Positions 47,427 through 56,773 of a stretch of 64,000 bases of DNA are shown here, piece after piece (the stretch's first letter is position 1; every line of letters starts with the position of its first letter). Under the pieces are notes generated by a model, which saw nothing but the letters and a program-made list of their open reading frames with translations, ran no database searches and had not been told where the DNA came from. The position numbers and the translations under genes were made by a program. The stretch comes from Bacteroidales bacterium (lineage in GTDB: Bacteria > Bacteroidota > Bacteroidia > Bacteroidales > UBA932), in contig JAGCUK010000023.1 in NCBI GenBank assembly GCA_017962925.1, positions 9,005 through 73,004 of the forward strand, in the 5' to 3' direction.

Positions 47427-49130
47427 ATGAAAGTACAATCATTGTGCCTTGCGGCGATTGCCGCCCTCCTTCTTGCCGCTACCCCCGCAGAAGCATGCTC
47501 CAACGTTATAATCTCCCGCGGTGCGAGTGCCGACGGGTCTTGTATGGTGTCTTATGCCGCCGATTCCCACGTGCTCTTCGGGGAACTCTATTTCACCCCC
47601 GCCGGGCGCTTCCGTGCCGGATCGAAGCTGGATATCATAGAGTGGGATACCTACAAACCCCTCGGGCAGATCCATCAGATTCCCCGCACCTACAAGACCG
47701 TAGGGAATATGAACGAGAAGCAGCTGATCATTGGCGAAACCACCTGGGGTGGGCGCGAGGAGCAGGCGGATCCTGCCGGCGTAATGGATTATGGCTCATT
47801 GATTTACATAACCCTCCAGCGGGCTGCCACCGCCCGTGCCGCCATCGACACCATCGTCTCCCTGGCGAACCGCTACGGCTATCCTTCCGAGGGCGAATCC
47901 TTCTCCATCGCGGACAAGGATGAGGCCTGGGTGATGGATTTAGTGGGCAAGGGCCCGGAGAACAAGGGCATCGTATGGGTGGCGCGCCGCGTGCCGGACG
48001 GATATATCTGCTCCCACGCCAACCAGGCGCGCATCACCCGCTTCCCCCTGAACGACCCGGAGAACTGCCTTTATGCGCCGGATGTGATCTCCTTCGCACG
48101 CGAGCAGGGCTGGTTTGCCGGCGCGGATGAGGAGTTCTCGTTCCGGGATGCCTACAACCCCCTCGATTTCGGCGGAGCCCGTGCCTGCGACGCTCGCGCC
48201 TGGAGCGCCTTCAACATCCTCTGCGATGGGGTCTTTACCTATGAGGAGAATGGGGTGGAGGTGTCCCGCCCTGCCAGCGACTGGCTCGAGTACGCCCTCG
48301 GCCACGACCTTTCCGGGGAGATGCCGCTGTTCGTGAAGCCTTCCCGCAAGATCACCGCGAAGGATGTGGCGGATGTGATGCGCGACCATTTCGAGGGTAC
48401 GCCGATGGATATGACCCAGGATGTGGGTGCGGGCGGCAACGCCCTGCCTTATCGCTGGCGTCCTATGCATTTCTCGTGGAACGGGAAGGAGTACGTCAAC
48501 GAGCGCGCCATCGCCACCCAGCAGACTGGATTCTGGTTCGTGGCACAGGCCCGCGGCTGGCTGCCGGATGAAGTGGGAGCACTGGTATGGTTCGGCACCG
48601 ACGATGCTGCAACTTCCTATCTCACACCTATTTACGTTGCAACCTCCAAGGTGCCCGAGTGTCTCCGCGTGGGCAATGGCGACATGCTGCATTATTCCCC
48701 GACCTCGCAGTTCTGGATCTGCAACCGCATCGCCCAGGCCTGCTATAAGATGTATAATCAGATGGCCCCGACCGTGCGCTGCGCAGTGGATGCCTTCGAG
48801 CAGGAGCAGATGTTTGCCGGAGTGCCTTCGATGGATGAGAAAGTGGCGAAGCTGGTATCCCGCGGACGCATCCGCAAAGCCCGCAAACTGATGACCAAAT
48901 ACACGGTTTCCACCGCTCAGGAACAGTTTGCGAAATGGGTGAAGATGGAAGAACTCCTGTTGGTCAAGTACCTGGACGGAAATATCAAGGCGCAGGAAGA
49001 GGATGGCTCATTCAAACATAGCGAATACCACTCCGGCACGCCTTCGGGGCTTTCCAATGTCCCTTATGTAGAGGCTTGGCGCCGCGCTGTGGCGGAAGGC
49101 CCCCACGGCTCCGTGCTGGAAGTGAAGTAA
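47427..49130 (+). CDS. C69-family dipeptidase
   Basis: Cys nucleophile after the signal peptide (AEA-CSN), MNEKQL.IGETT.GGR, SEGESF, HANQARI. Confidence 0.9.
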   Translation: MKVQSLCLAAIAALLLAATPAEACSNVIISRGASADGSCMVSYAADSHVLFGELYFTPAGRFRAGSKLDIIEWDTYKPLGQIHQIPRTYKTVGNMNEKQLIIGETTWGGREEQADPAGVMDYGSLIYITLQRAATARAAIDTIVSLANRYGYPSEGESFSIADKDEAWVMDLVGKGPENKGIVWVARRVPDGYICSHANQARITRFPLNDPENCLYAPDVISFAREQGWFAGADEEFSFRDAYNPLDFGGARACDARAWSAFNILCDGVFTYEENGVEVSRPASDWLEYALGHDLSGEMPLFVKPSRKITAKDVADVMRDHFEGTPMDMTQDVGAGGNALPYRWRPMHFSWNGKEYVNERAIATQQTGFWFVAQARGWLPDEVGALVWFGTDDAATSYLTPIYVATSKVPECLRVGNGDMLHYSPTSQFWICNRIAQACYKMYNQMAPTVRCAVDAFEQEQMFAGVPSMDEKVAKLVSRGRIRKARKLMTKYTVSTAQEQFAKWVKMEELLLVKYLDGNIKAQEEDGSFKHSEYHSGTPSGLSNVPYVEAWRRAVAEGPHGSVLEVK

Positions 49131-49131
49131 C

Positions 49132-49500
49132 TTACTTCAGGAATGCGAAGAAGACCGCCAGAACTATGCAGGCGAAGGCGGCAATGTGATTCCAGTGAAG
49201 TTGCTGATTCTGGAACAGGAAGGAGATAATGACGGTAAACACTGTCAGGGAGATTACCTCCTGGATAACTTTCAACTGAACGAGGGTGAATGGCCCGCCG
49301 TTCCCGGCGAAACCAATGCGGTTCGCAGGCACGGTGAGGCAATACTCGAAGAAGGCGATGCCCCAAGAAAACAGGATGATCAATATCAAAGGCCAGCCTG
49401 TGGAAATCTTCATCTCCTGAAGTTTGAGATGCCCGTACCACGCTAAAGTCATGAAAACGTTCGATACGACGAGCATCAATATCGTCCAGATTCCCTGCAT
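49132..49500 (-). CDS. DMT-superfamily small membrane protein (DUF486)
   Basis: SNVFMTLAWYGHLK, VPANRIG, QLKVIQE. Confidence 0.9.
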   Translation of the reverse strand: MQGIWTILMLVVSNVFMTLAWYGHLKLQEMKISTGWPLILIILFSWGIAFFEYCLTVPANRIGFAGNGGPFTLVQLKVIQEVISLTVFTVIISFLFQNQQLHWNHIAAFACIVLAVFFAFLK

Positions 49501-49612
49501 AATTAATTGCTTTTTATAAAGCGACGCAAAGGTAGTGAAATTAAATAAAATTTGTATATTTGCAGTCCCGTTTTCAAAAGCGGGGGAAATACGGTTCAAC
49601 ACATGACCTTCC

Positions 49613-49699
49613 GGTGGGGTGGGTGAGTGGCTGAAACCAGCAGTTTGCTAAACTGCCGTACGGGTAACCGTACCACGAGTTCGAATCTCGTCCCCACCG
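49613..49699 (+). tRNA. tRNA-Ser(GCT)
   Basis: GGTGGGG/CCCCACC acceptor stem, GCAGT-TTGCTAA-ACTGC, long variable arm, GTTCGAATC. Confidence 0.97.
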
Positions 49700-49706
49700 C
49701 AAATAA

Positions 49707-49745
49707 TTAATCGGCTTCAAGTTTCCTTGAACGCCGATTATTTTT
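49707..49745. terminator. Hairpin terminator between tRNA-Ser and the AraC gene
   Basis: TAATCGGCTTCAAG-TTTC-CTTGAACGCCGATTA followed by a T-run. Confidence 0.65.
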
Positions 49746-49747
49746 GT

Positions 49748-50830
49748 CTAATCCTTCTTCCCTTTAAAAGCGTAATATGCCTGGCGGGAAGCGAAGCCGG
49801 ACTCGTAGACGGCTTCCTGGATGGTCGCGTCCGGATGTGCCTTCAGATAGTTCTCGGCATGCTCGAGACGAAGGGTGTTGATGTAGTTGAAGAATCCACC
49901 GAATTCTCCCTTAAAGATGCCGGCGACGTAGGAGCGGTTGTAGCCGCATCTGTCAGCCACATCCTGGATGGTAAGGTGCGGTTCGAGGTAGGCCCTTTGC
50001 TCCACCACTACCGTCAGAATCGCCGCCAGAATCTCCTGATGCGTTTTGTTCGAAAGGGTCCGCTGGTAGGCGCGCTCGATCTTGGGGGCATCCTCTGGAA
50101 CATCCTTATCTCCCACGGGCCGGTTCCGGTTGGGATGGAGGGCGGAGATAATGAAGATGATTGAAGAGAAGGCAAGCAGCAGCATCGTGATGGCCACCAT
50201 CATCTGGCTGTTTGTCAGCGCCGCCGTCCATACGAACAATTGGTTGAAGAACACCAGGAACATCCACCTCCGGGCAAACACTACAGGAAAATCTGCGCGG
50301 TTGGAGAATTCATCCGCATCATAACGCTTCGCCCACAGGAGCACTACCACCATCGAGGCAATGCACACCAACGTCTCGATTGCACCGATGGAGTAAAGGG
50401 TCCAACTTGCGAGGGCGGGGTTGATGATGGTGCCAATCTGGTCCCCGGGTACAAAGGTAAGGATCTCTGCCGGCACTAGCACCAGAAAAACGGGCAGTGC
50501 GGTCAGCAACACCGGCGCCTTCCACCTGCGCCATTGCATGACGCTTCCGAAGTAGGAGAATTGGAGGATGATGTAATGGAATATGGTGGTAGGGAGAATA
50601 AAGATTCTGGCGAGATACCAGGCATCCGCGCTTTCCGGGTTGATAATATAGGGGATGATGAGGATGGAACTGAGGAAAACGCCTGTCACATAGGGCCTTC
50701 CGGGATAGTAGTAGCGCGGTGCGGTATTGAAGGGCTTGCACATGTGGAACCAGCGCACGGCTGCATTCACCAAAAACGTGGCGAGAAACATCGCCGCGCA
50801 GATTCCATAGAAATAAGAGAGTTTAGACAT
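49748..50830 (-). CDS. Membrane-anchored AraC-family regulator
   Basis: About six TM helices, then YL.P.LT..DVA...NRSY, YINTLRL, SGF.SR..YY. Confidence 0.88.
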   Translation of the reverse strand: MSKLSYFYGICAAMFLATFLVNAAVRWFHMCKPFNTAPRYYYPGRPYVTGVFLSSILIIPYIINPESADAWYLARIFILPTTIFHYIILQFSYFGSVMQWRRWKAPVLLTALPVFLVLVPAEILTFVPGDQIGTIINPALASWTLYSIGAIETLVCIASMVVVLLWAKRYDADEFSNRADFPVVFARRWMFLVFFNQLFVWTAALTNSQMMVAITMLLLAFSSIIFIISALHPNRNRPVGDKDVPEDAPKIERAYQRTLSNKTHQEILAAILTVVVEQRAYLEPHLTIQDVADRCGYNRSYVAGIFKGEFGGFFNYINTLRLEHAENYLKAHPDATIQEAVYESGFASRQAYYAFKGKKD

Positions 50831-50885
50831 TGACGGACACAAAGGTAATAAAAAGCAACCGAATCTGGTGCACGAAAAACACCGT

Positions 50886-50951
50886 TGACTCAAATATGAC
50901 AGTTTTTTGACGGATGCGTGACAGTCGTGCGCGCGATTGTTTTTATATTTG
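50886..50951 (+). promoter_or_regulatory. 4x TGAC array (11-bp period) plus -7 element
   Basis: TGAC at 50886, 50897, 50908, 50919; TATATTTG at 50944-50951. Confidence 0.65.
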
Positions 50952-50973
50952 CAGCGTTAGTTAGCGATTCTAT

Positions 50974-51108
50974 ATGGAAAAAACAACCATTATCATCGTG
51001 GCCATCGCTGTCGTGCTCATCCTTGCATGGGTCGTAGCGATGGTCTTTACTGTTCGTAGGGCCATAGGTAAATCCAAAGAGGCAAAAGAAAAGGCCAGTC
51101 AAGATTGA
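50974..51108 (+). CDS. 44-aa single-TM small protein (not in ORF track)
   Basis: Manual translation MEKTTIIIVAIAVVLILAWVVAMVFTVRRAIGKSKEAKEKASQD; first ORF after the promoter. Confidence 0.65.
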   Translation: MEKTTIIIVAIAVVLILAWVVAMVFTVRRAIGKSKEAKEKASQD

Positions 51109-51112
51109 GATT

Positions 51113-51238
51113 ATGGAAGCAAAATTCAAGAAAACCTATCAAACTCCCGCCATGCTGGTTGTGGAGCTAAAGGCGGAAGGCATTGTGTGTATGTCCCAGG
51201 ATGATTACAACTGGGGAAGTCTGGATGAAAATGATTAA
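51113..51238 (+). CDS. 41-aa YxxP...CxS peptide (not in ORF track)
   Basis: Manual translation MEAKFKKTYQTPAMLVVELKAEGIVCMSQDDYNWGSLDEND; same core as 33912-34097. Confidence 0.75.
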   Translation: MEAKFKKTYQTPAMLVVELKAEGIVCMSQDDYNWGSLDEND

Positions 51239-51251
51239 GGAGGGCGAGAAA

Positions 51252-54200
51252 ATGAAACACAACACAATGAAACAGCTTTTCGCAGTTGTGCTGACAATAG
51301 CAGCGCTGATTACTGGGCAGAGCGTCTGGGCAGCAAGTTCGTTCACCGTGGAGTGCACGAACAACACGTTCACCGTTACCCGAACCACCAACACCACGAC
51401 GACAGAAACTGTCTGTTACCGCACGGTGAGTCTGTCCGCTCTTGAAGGCAAGAACTTCACTTCGGCCACGGGCAATCTCGTTTTCGACGCTGATCACAAC
51501 ACCCGCTCGGTTACCATCACCGAAACATCCATTAATTCGATCGATGCCAAATACTGTTTCCAGAACAGTACCACCCGAGCATACCGTTTTGAGGTCGTCG
51601 ATAAGGCCGGTCTTTATCTGGCGCATTGCGACCGCACTATCACCTATGGCGACGATTACGTGGTCGATGATAAATATGTAAACCAAAGCATCACTGATCT
51701 GGTATACTTTCAGAACGGAAGGATGTATTCCGGAGTTCCGACTACTAAATACTACGATGTGGTTCATGCCGGCACATCAAATACCGACCTTAAGATCGAT
51801 GATGGGTATGATTACAACAACAATACTCTTTGCACAGTCAGTACCAGCTCCTTCTTCAATCAGTTGAAAGCTCCTCAGTCTTACTACAATGACCTGAAAT
51901 ACAAGTTGTATGCTACCGTCCATTTCGAGCAGAAAGAAAAGGATGACGGGTATCAGTACATCCAGATACTGACTGACAACAGTACAACCTATGATGGTAA
52001 GGACGGAGATGGTAAAATCGACAACGGTCCTTCGACATCCATCTACAAGGCCGCGTTTATCCTGACCAAGACAGAGAATGTCTATAGCTCAGGTTATAAG
52101 TTTCAGGCTTTTCCTCATAAATCCGACGATACCTACAACAATAGGGAGTTCGACTATTCCGACAGCTATCTTTATCAGCAGAAGTTCCAGAGTGCTTCTT
52201 ATCGTGCCGAAAACTCCGGTTCGCTGGTGCTCAGCCCTACGGTAAATAATATAAACGTCCGTTTTGATGCTAACGGCAGCGGTGACGATACTTGGTATGT
52301 CCGGAACCTCAAGGTGCGATTAGCCCTTTGCGACGCAACTTCACCCACGCGTAACTCCTTCTGTGTAGCCCCTGGCCGTCACTCAAGAGGCGACAGGGTA
52401 TATGTTTCGGTCGCTTTCAGCGAAACAGTCACCATCAGCGGCAGCACAAAAAAACTATCCAGCAGTTGGGGCGACCTCACTTATGTGGAAGGCAACAAAA
52501 CCAATGTGCTGACCTTCATGGGCACCATTCCGGATAATGCGACAGGGGCGCTCAATATCACAGGGCTGACCGGGGATATCGCCGACCTTGTGTGGAATGC
52601 TTTTGATGCCAACGATATCAAAACCGATGGGATATGCGCCCTTGACGAAAGCTATGCATTCACCATCAACTATGACCTTGCGGGCGGCAGCGTGGCAAGC
52701 GCCAATCCTGGAACATACACATGGGATAGTGCATCATTTACATTGAATAATCCCACCAGGACCGGTTACGTATTCACTGGATGGACCGGGAGCAACGGGG
52801 ACACTCCTCAAACCGAGGTTACTATTGCCAATCATTCCAACGGAGATCGCACCTACACCGCCAACTGGGTCCAGGTCTGGAGCGGCAGCGGCACTGCCGG
52901 AGATCCATATATCATCTCTTCCACTCAGGGGCTGGATGCGTTGGCTTCTTATGTGAACGGCGGTAATAACTGCAGCGGCGTTTACTTCGAACTTGGATCC
53001 AATATCTCTTACTCGCCTAGTGCTGGTTGGTCTGCTCTTTCCAATATGGAGCACAACTACTACGCCATCGGCACCAGCGACCATCCTTTCAGCGGCTCCT
53101 TCAATGGTAAGGATTACACAATTAGTGGCATTCGGATTTTCAAAGGCTCGGAAGGTTCAAATAGCAGCAACCAAGGCATTTTCGGTGTGGTCGAAAACGG
53201 AACCGTCAGCAATGTCAAGCTCTCTAATTCCCGCATCACTGGCAGGAACAATGCCGGAGGCATAGTCGGCCATAGTATTAATTCTGTAGTTGAGGGTTGC
53301 ACTGTTGGCAATAATGTCGCTATCAGCACCTTTACTCTTGACTGTAATCAGCACGGAGGAATCGTGGGCCTGAAAGAAGGGGGCGAAGTCCAGCGCTGCA
53401 TCAGCAGCGTCACGCTTGGTTTGACGAGTAATTCCGGTGGTGAGAAGTATGGCGCAATCGTGGGGAGTAACCAGTCCGGAATTGTATCGCACTGTGTGGC
53501 CACGGGAGCCACCGTGCCGACCGTTTCTTCCATTGGCGCTATCGCTGGAGTCAATTCCGGGGATCTGCAGAACAACTACTATTACTCCTGCACCGTCGCC
53601 AACACTTCCAACGCTGTTGATGTTGGATGCAACGGGGCCGATGTGGCTATCGACAACGGTGCTGTATCTATGCATACCATTTCTCTCCCCGCGACTGTCA
53701 CCATCGCATCTCGCGATGCCGTGGAGCCCCTCCCTGGCAGCGACAATGCGGTTTTCGCCAGTGGCGCACGGATAAGCAGCACAGAATATTATGCTGTAAA
53801 CAGTAGCGTTTCGCTCAATTATGTAGGTGACGTGGCAAATGATTGTAGCGTGATATATTCTGCAACTGCGGGCACCATTGACAATAATGTCTTTACCGTG
53901 CCGGCAGCCAATGCCAGTATAAGTGCCGGAGTGTTCAAAAATGATTATATCACCCATTGGCAGGCCAGCCCTACCCATAGTGGTTCCGCTTCGAGCACTG
54001 CTTACCTCATCACGACTCCCGAAGGCTTGCTATTACTCTCAAGTGAAGTCGCAGCCGGGAACAGTTTTGAGGACAAGTATTTCAAAGTGGACAATGACAT
54101 AGATATGAGTGGAGTGGCAAACTTTACTCCTATCGGAACAGATGATGTTACACATAGATTCAAAGGCTATTTTGATGGTAATAACAAGACAATCCGCCAT

Positions 54201-55127
54201 CTTACCGTCGATAGGGGCGAGAGTAACTTTGCCGGTTTATTCGGCTCTATATCTCTTCATGAAGTCAAGAACATTATTCTGGATGAAGCCAGAATAACAG
54301 GCAAGAGAAATATTGGAGGCATTGTCGGTTATTTGGCCAGTGCAACCATAAGCAATTGTGTGGTTACCAGATCTATTTTGACTTCAACCAACAATTCTTC
54401 CTCGGCTATGGGTGCAATTATTGGCAACGTAATTGCCAGTAATAGTAAAATAAATCAAAACAAATATCACAGTACAATAGTCTATGTAACGAATTATTCC
54501 GGCTCGGATTTTCATAATGGAGGAGATTCATTCAACATCGGCGTTGGATCCACGTTCTCTGGTTCTGGTGGAGATATCAGTGACGCCTGCCTTGATGCAA
54601 GCCAACTGATGCTTCCAGAAGATGCCGATTTCTGTACCGCGCTTCTAACTGCATATAACAATCCTTCAGCGCATACTGCATACGGTGGATCAGCTCCAAA
54701 TGTTGGAGCCTTGACCCAGGTCTCTCTCTCCGCCACTCAGGCAAATGTCTTTGGCGAATCTAAGTACGTTACCACTTTCTTCAACGAAACGGTTTATCAC
54801 TTGCTTCCGGAGGATGCCAGGGCCTACACCGCAAGTCTGTCCGGCTCTAAAATCGTCTTCCATCTGATTGGTAATGATGGGCGTGTAATCCCGAGCGGCA
54901 CGGCGGCAATCATCGTGTCTGATTCTTCCACGGTCACGCTTGCCAAAGTTGCATCACAGAATGTGTCGGTTTACGCCGGCAATATCTTGCAGGGGTCCGA
55001 CACAGAAATTGCAGCGCCTGCAGGAACCGTGTATGTGCTGGGGATTTCCAACAACACTCTCGGATTCTACAAGTACACCGGAAGCACTATTCCTGCCGGC
55101 AAGGCATATTATGTTGTGAATGAATAA
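51252..55127 (+). CDS. Large secreted adhesin-like protein (Calx-beta-like, InlB B-repeat-like, two GLUG-type regions)
   Basis: Signal peptide VWA; YDLAGG...NPTRTGYVFTGW; GSGTAGDPYII; repeated GGIVG. Confidence 0.78.
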   Translation: MKHNTMKQLFAVVLTIAALITGQSVWAASSFTVECTNNTFTVTRTTNTTTTETVCYRTVSLSALEGKNFTSATGNLVFDADHNTRSVTITETSINSIDAKYCFQNSTTRAYRFEVVDKAGLYLAHCDRTITYGDDYVVDDKYVNQSITDLVYFQNGRMYSGVPTTKYYDVVHAGTSNTDLKIDDGYDYNNNTLCTVSTSSFFNQLKAPQSYYNDLKYKLYATVHFEQKEKDDGYQYIQILTDNSTTYDGKDGDGKIDNGPSTSIYKAAFILTKTENVYSSGYKFQAFPHKSDDTYNNREFDYSDSYLYQQKFQSASYRAENSGSLVLSPTVNNINVRFDANGSGDDTWYVRNLKVRLALCDATSPTRNSFCVAPGRHSRGDRVYVSVAFSETVTISGSTKKLSSSWGDLTYVEGNKTNVLTFMGTIPDNATGALNITGLTGDIADLVWNAFDANDIKTDGICALDESYAFTINYDLAGGSVASANPGTYTWDSASFTLNNPTRTGYVFTGWTGSNGDTPQTEVTIANHSNGDRTYTANWVQVWSGSGTAGDPYIISSTQGLDALASYVNGGNNCSGVYFELGSNISYSPSAGWSALSNMEHNYYAIGTSDHPFSGSFNGKDYTISGIRIFKGSEGSNSSNQGIFGVVENGTVSNVKLSNSRITGRNNAGGIVGHSINSVVEGCTVGNNVAISTFTLDCNQHGGIVGLKEGGEVQRCISSVTLGLTSNSGGEKYGAIVGSNQSGIVSHCVATGATVPTVSSIGAIAGVNSGDLQNNYYYSCTVANTSNAVDVGCNGADVAIDNGAVSMHTISLPATVTIASRDAVEPLPGSDNAVFASGARISSTEYYAVNSSVSLNYVGDVANDCSVIYSATAGTIDNNVFTVPAANASISAGVFKNDYITHWQASPTHSGSASSTAYLITTPEGLLLLSSEVAAGNSFEDKYFKVDNDIDMSGVANFTPIGTDDVTHRFKGYFDGNNKTIRHLTVDRGESNFAGLFGSISLHEVKNIILDEARITGKRNIGGIVGYLASATISNCVVTRSILTSTNNSSSAMGAIIGNVIASNSKINQNKYHSTIVYVTNYSGSDFHNGGDSFNIGVGSTFSGSGGDISDACLDASQLMLPEDADFCTALLTAYNNPSAHTAYGGSAPNVGALTQVSLSATQANVFGESKYVTTFFNETVYHLLPEDARAYTASLSGSKIVFHLIGNDGRVIPSGTAAIIVSDSSTVTLAKVASQNVSVYAGNILQGSDTEIAAPAGTVYVLGISNNTLGFYKYTGSTIPAGKAYYVVNE

Positions 55128-55140
55128 GGAGGACTACTGT

Positions 55141-56118
55141 ATGAAAAAGAATAGATTTCTCGACAAGTTCGAAATTACAATACTGGCCCTTGCGGGCGCA
55201 TTTGCTCTGACTTGTTGCCAGAAGATAGAGGAAACGGCTATCGAAGAAAATACTGAGGCGGTGGAGCAGGAATCCTCCACGACATATTCTATCACCATCA
55301 GGGCCGAAAGAATCCCCGGCCCGGGGGAGGATGAAGGAACTTCGACCAAAGGGCTGGAGATTGGCGACGGCACCGAGGCTACAACAACGCTGCTTAAGTC
55401 TGTCTGGAAGAATAATGAAAGTGTAATCGTTTATCTGGGCTCATTAATAATCGGCACACTGTCTGTCCTGCCGGACGCCGGAGATCCACATGTGGCTACC
55501 CTTTACGGGAAGATCAGTAATAGCTCGAACATCGAAGCAGGCGTTACTACGCTCACGCTTCTCACTCCGCGTTCTACATGGGCCTACACCATGCAGACAG
55601 GAAAGCTGATGCAGGTCAGCGGCTCTATCGAAAAGGATTATAACTATACCATGGCTTCTTCTGTGCTTGTAACCAGCGTCGACGTCGGTAAAGACATAAT
55701 AACTACGGAAGATGCTCATTTTGCCCATCAACAGAGCATCTACCGCATGAGCTTTCGCTACAACGACGGTGTGAGCAAGACCCCTATCACTACCAGTTCC
55801 GTGACCATCTCCAGCGCGAACGGGCATCTGGTCCAGCGTGAAGTAGTGGGTGGCGCCCCCACCGAAGGAGACATCACCGTCTCCTTGCCCTCAGCTTCTG
55901 TCGATCCCTTCTTTGTTGCCTTGCGCAATGGTGACGAGACCAATGCGGAAGCCCTTACTTTCACCGTAGTGGACAACTCAGGCGTGACCTACCGCGGCAC
56001 AAAAGTAATCCCTGCTGAGTACAAGCCTAACGGCACCTTCGTGAGCATGAAGAATGCCTCCCTCACGGAGCGCTTAGACATTCCCCTCAGCGCCACCGAA
56101 GTGAATACGGTGCTGTAG
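55141..56118 (+). CDS. Fimbrillin-like lipoprotein
   Basis: Lipobox LTCC, STKG propeptide-like site, Y..QTG and F.HQQSI pilin-like segments. Confidence 0.65.
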   Translation: MKKNRFLDKFEITILALAGAFALTCCQKIEETAIEENTEAVEQESSTTYSITIRAERIPGPGEDEGTSTKGLEIGDGTEATTTLLKSVWKNNESVIVYLGSLIIGTLSVLPDAGDPHVATLYGKISNSSNIEAGVTTLTLLTPRSTWAYTMQTGKLMQVSGSIEKDYNYTMASSVLVTSVDVGKDIITTEDAHFAHQQSIYRMSFRYNDGVSKTPITTSSVTISSANGHLVQREVVGGAPTEGDITVSLPSASVDPFFVALRNGDETNAEALTFTVVDNSGVTYRGTKVIPAEYKPNGTFVSMKNASLTERLDIPLSATEVNTVL

Positions 56119-56119
56119 A

Positions 56120-56773
56120 TTATGTGGTGACGATTCCCTTGGCGACGGCGGTCGCGACGCATTGAATGATGCTGTCCTGGCCGAATTTCACCTTAATACG
56201 CTCCTTATAGCTATCTACCGTGTTCAGAGAAATCTCCATGGCGGAAGCTATTTGGGCGTTGCTGTATCCGGATGTGGTCAGCTGAAGAACCTCAAGTTCG
56301 CGGGGCGTAAGTCCCTGGGGTTTCCTCGCCTCCAGGTTCTCTTTGCCGCCGAATAGACGCGTAATCTGCGGAGTATCGATGGTCTCGCCGAAGAACAGAC
56401 ATTTACCGGAAGCCACATCCGTAACAGCCTTCACTATTGAATCCGGTGAGGAATCCTTGGCCAGATAGGCGCATGCGCCGGAGCTGATGGCCTTTAGTAT
56501 ATATGCCGGAATCTTGTAGTGCGAAAGCACCAGGGTGCGCACCGCGGGGAAGGCCTCCCGGAGTATGCCCAGCAAGGTCAGGCCATCAGTTTCCGCTTCC
56601 AGCGAAATATCTACGACGGCGACGTCGGTTTCGGGATGTGAGTTCAGAAAGGCTACTGCGGAGCCCGGTGTGGTCACGGATTCCACGGAGCCAAAAGCAC
56701 TGTTGGCCGAAAGCGCCAGCTTCAGCCCCATCACGAAAACGGCGGAATCCTCTATCAGCAATACATTTATCAT
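56120..56773 (-). CDS. NarL/LuxR-family response regulator
   Basis: LLIED, VVDISL, YLAK, LTPRELEVL...GYSN.QIA. Confidence 0.93.
   Translation of the reverse strand: MINVLLIEDSAVFVMGLKLALSANSAFGSVESVTTPGSAVAFLNSHPETDVAVVDISLEAETDGLTLLGILREAFPAVRTLVLSHYKIPAYILKAISSGACAYLAKDSSPDSIVKAVTDVASGKCLFFGETIDTPQITRLFGGKENLEARKPQGLTPRELEVLQLTTSGYSNAQIASAMEISLNTVDSYKERIKVKFGQDSIIQCVATAVAKGIVTT

Noticed and set aside
51183-51251. Upstream extensions in the ORF track (51183, 13925, 6994, 3864, 3100, 36119, 47053, 21362)
   Set aside because: They overlap neighbouring genes or promoters; downstream ATGs give proper signal peptides or conserved N-termini
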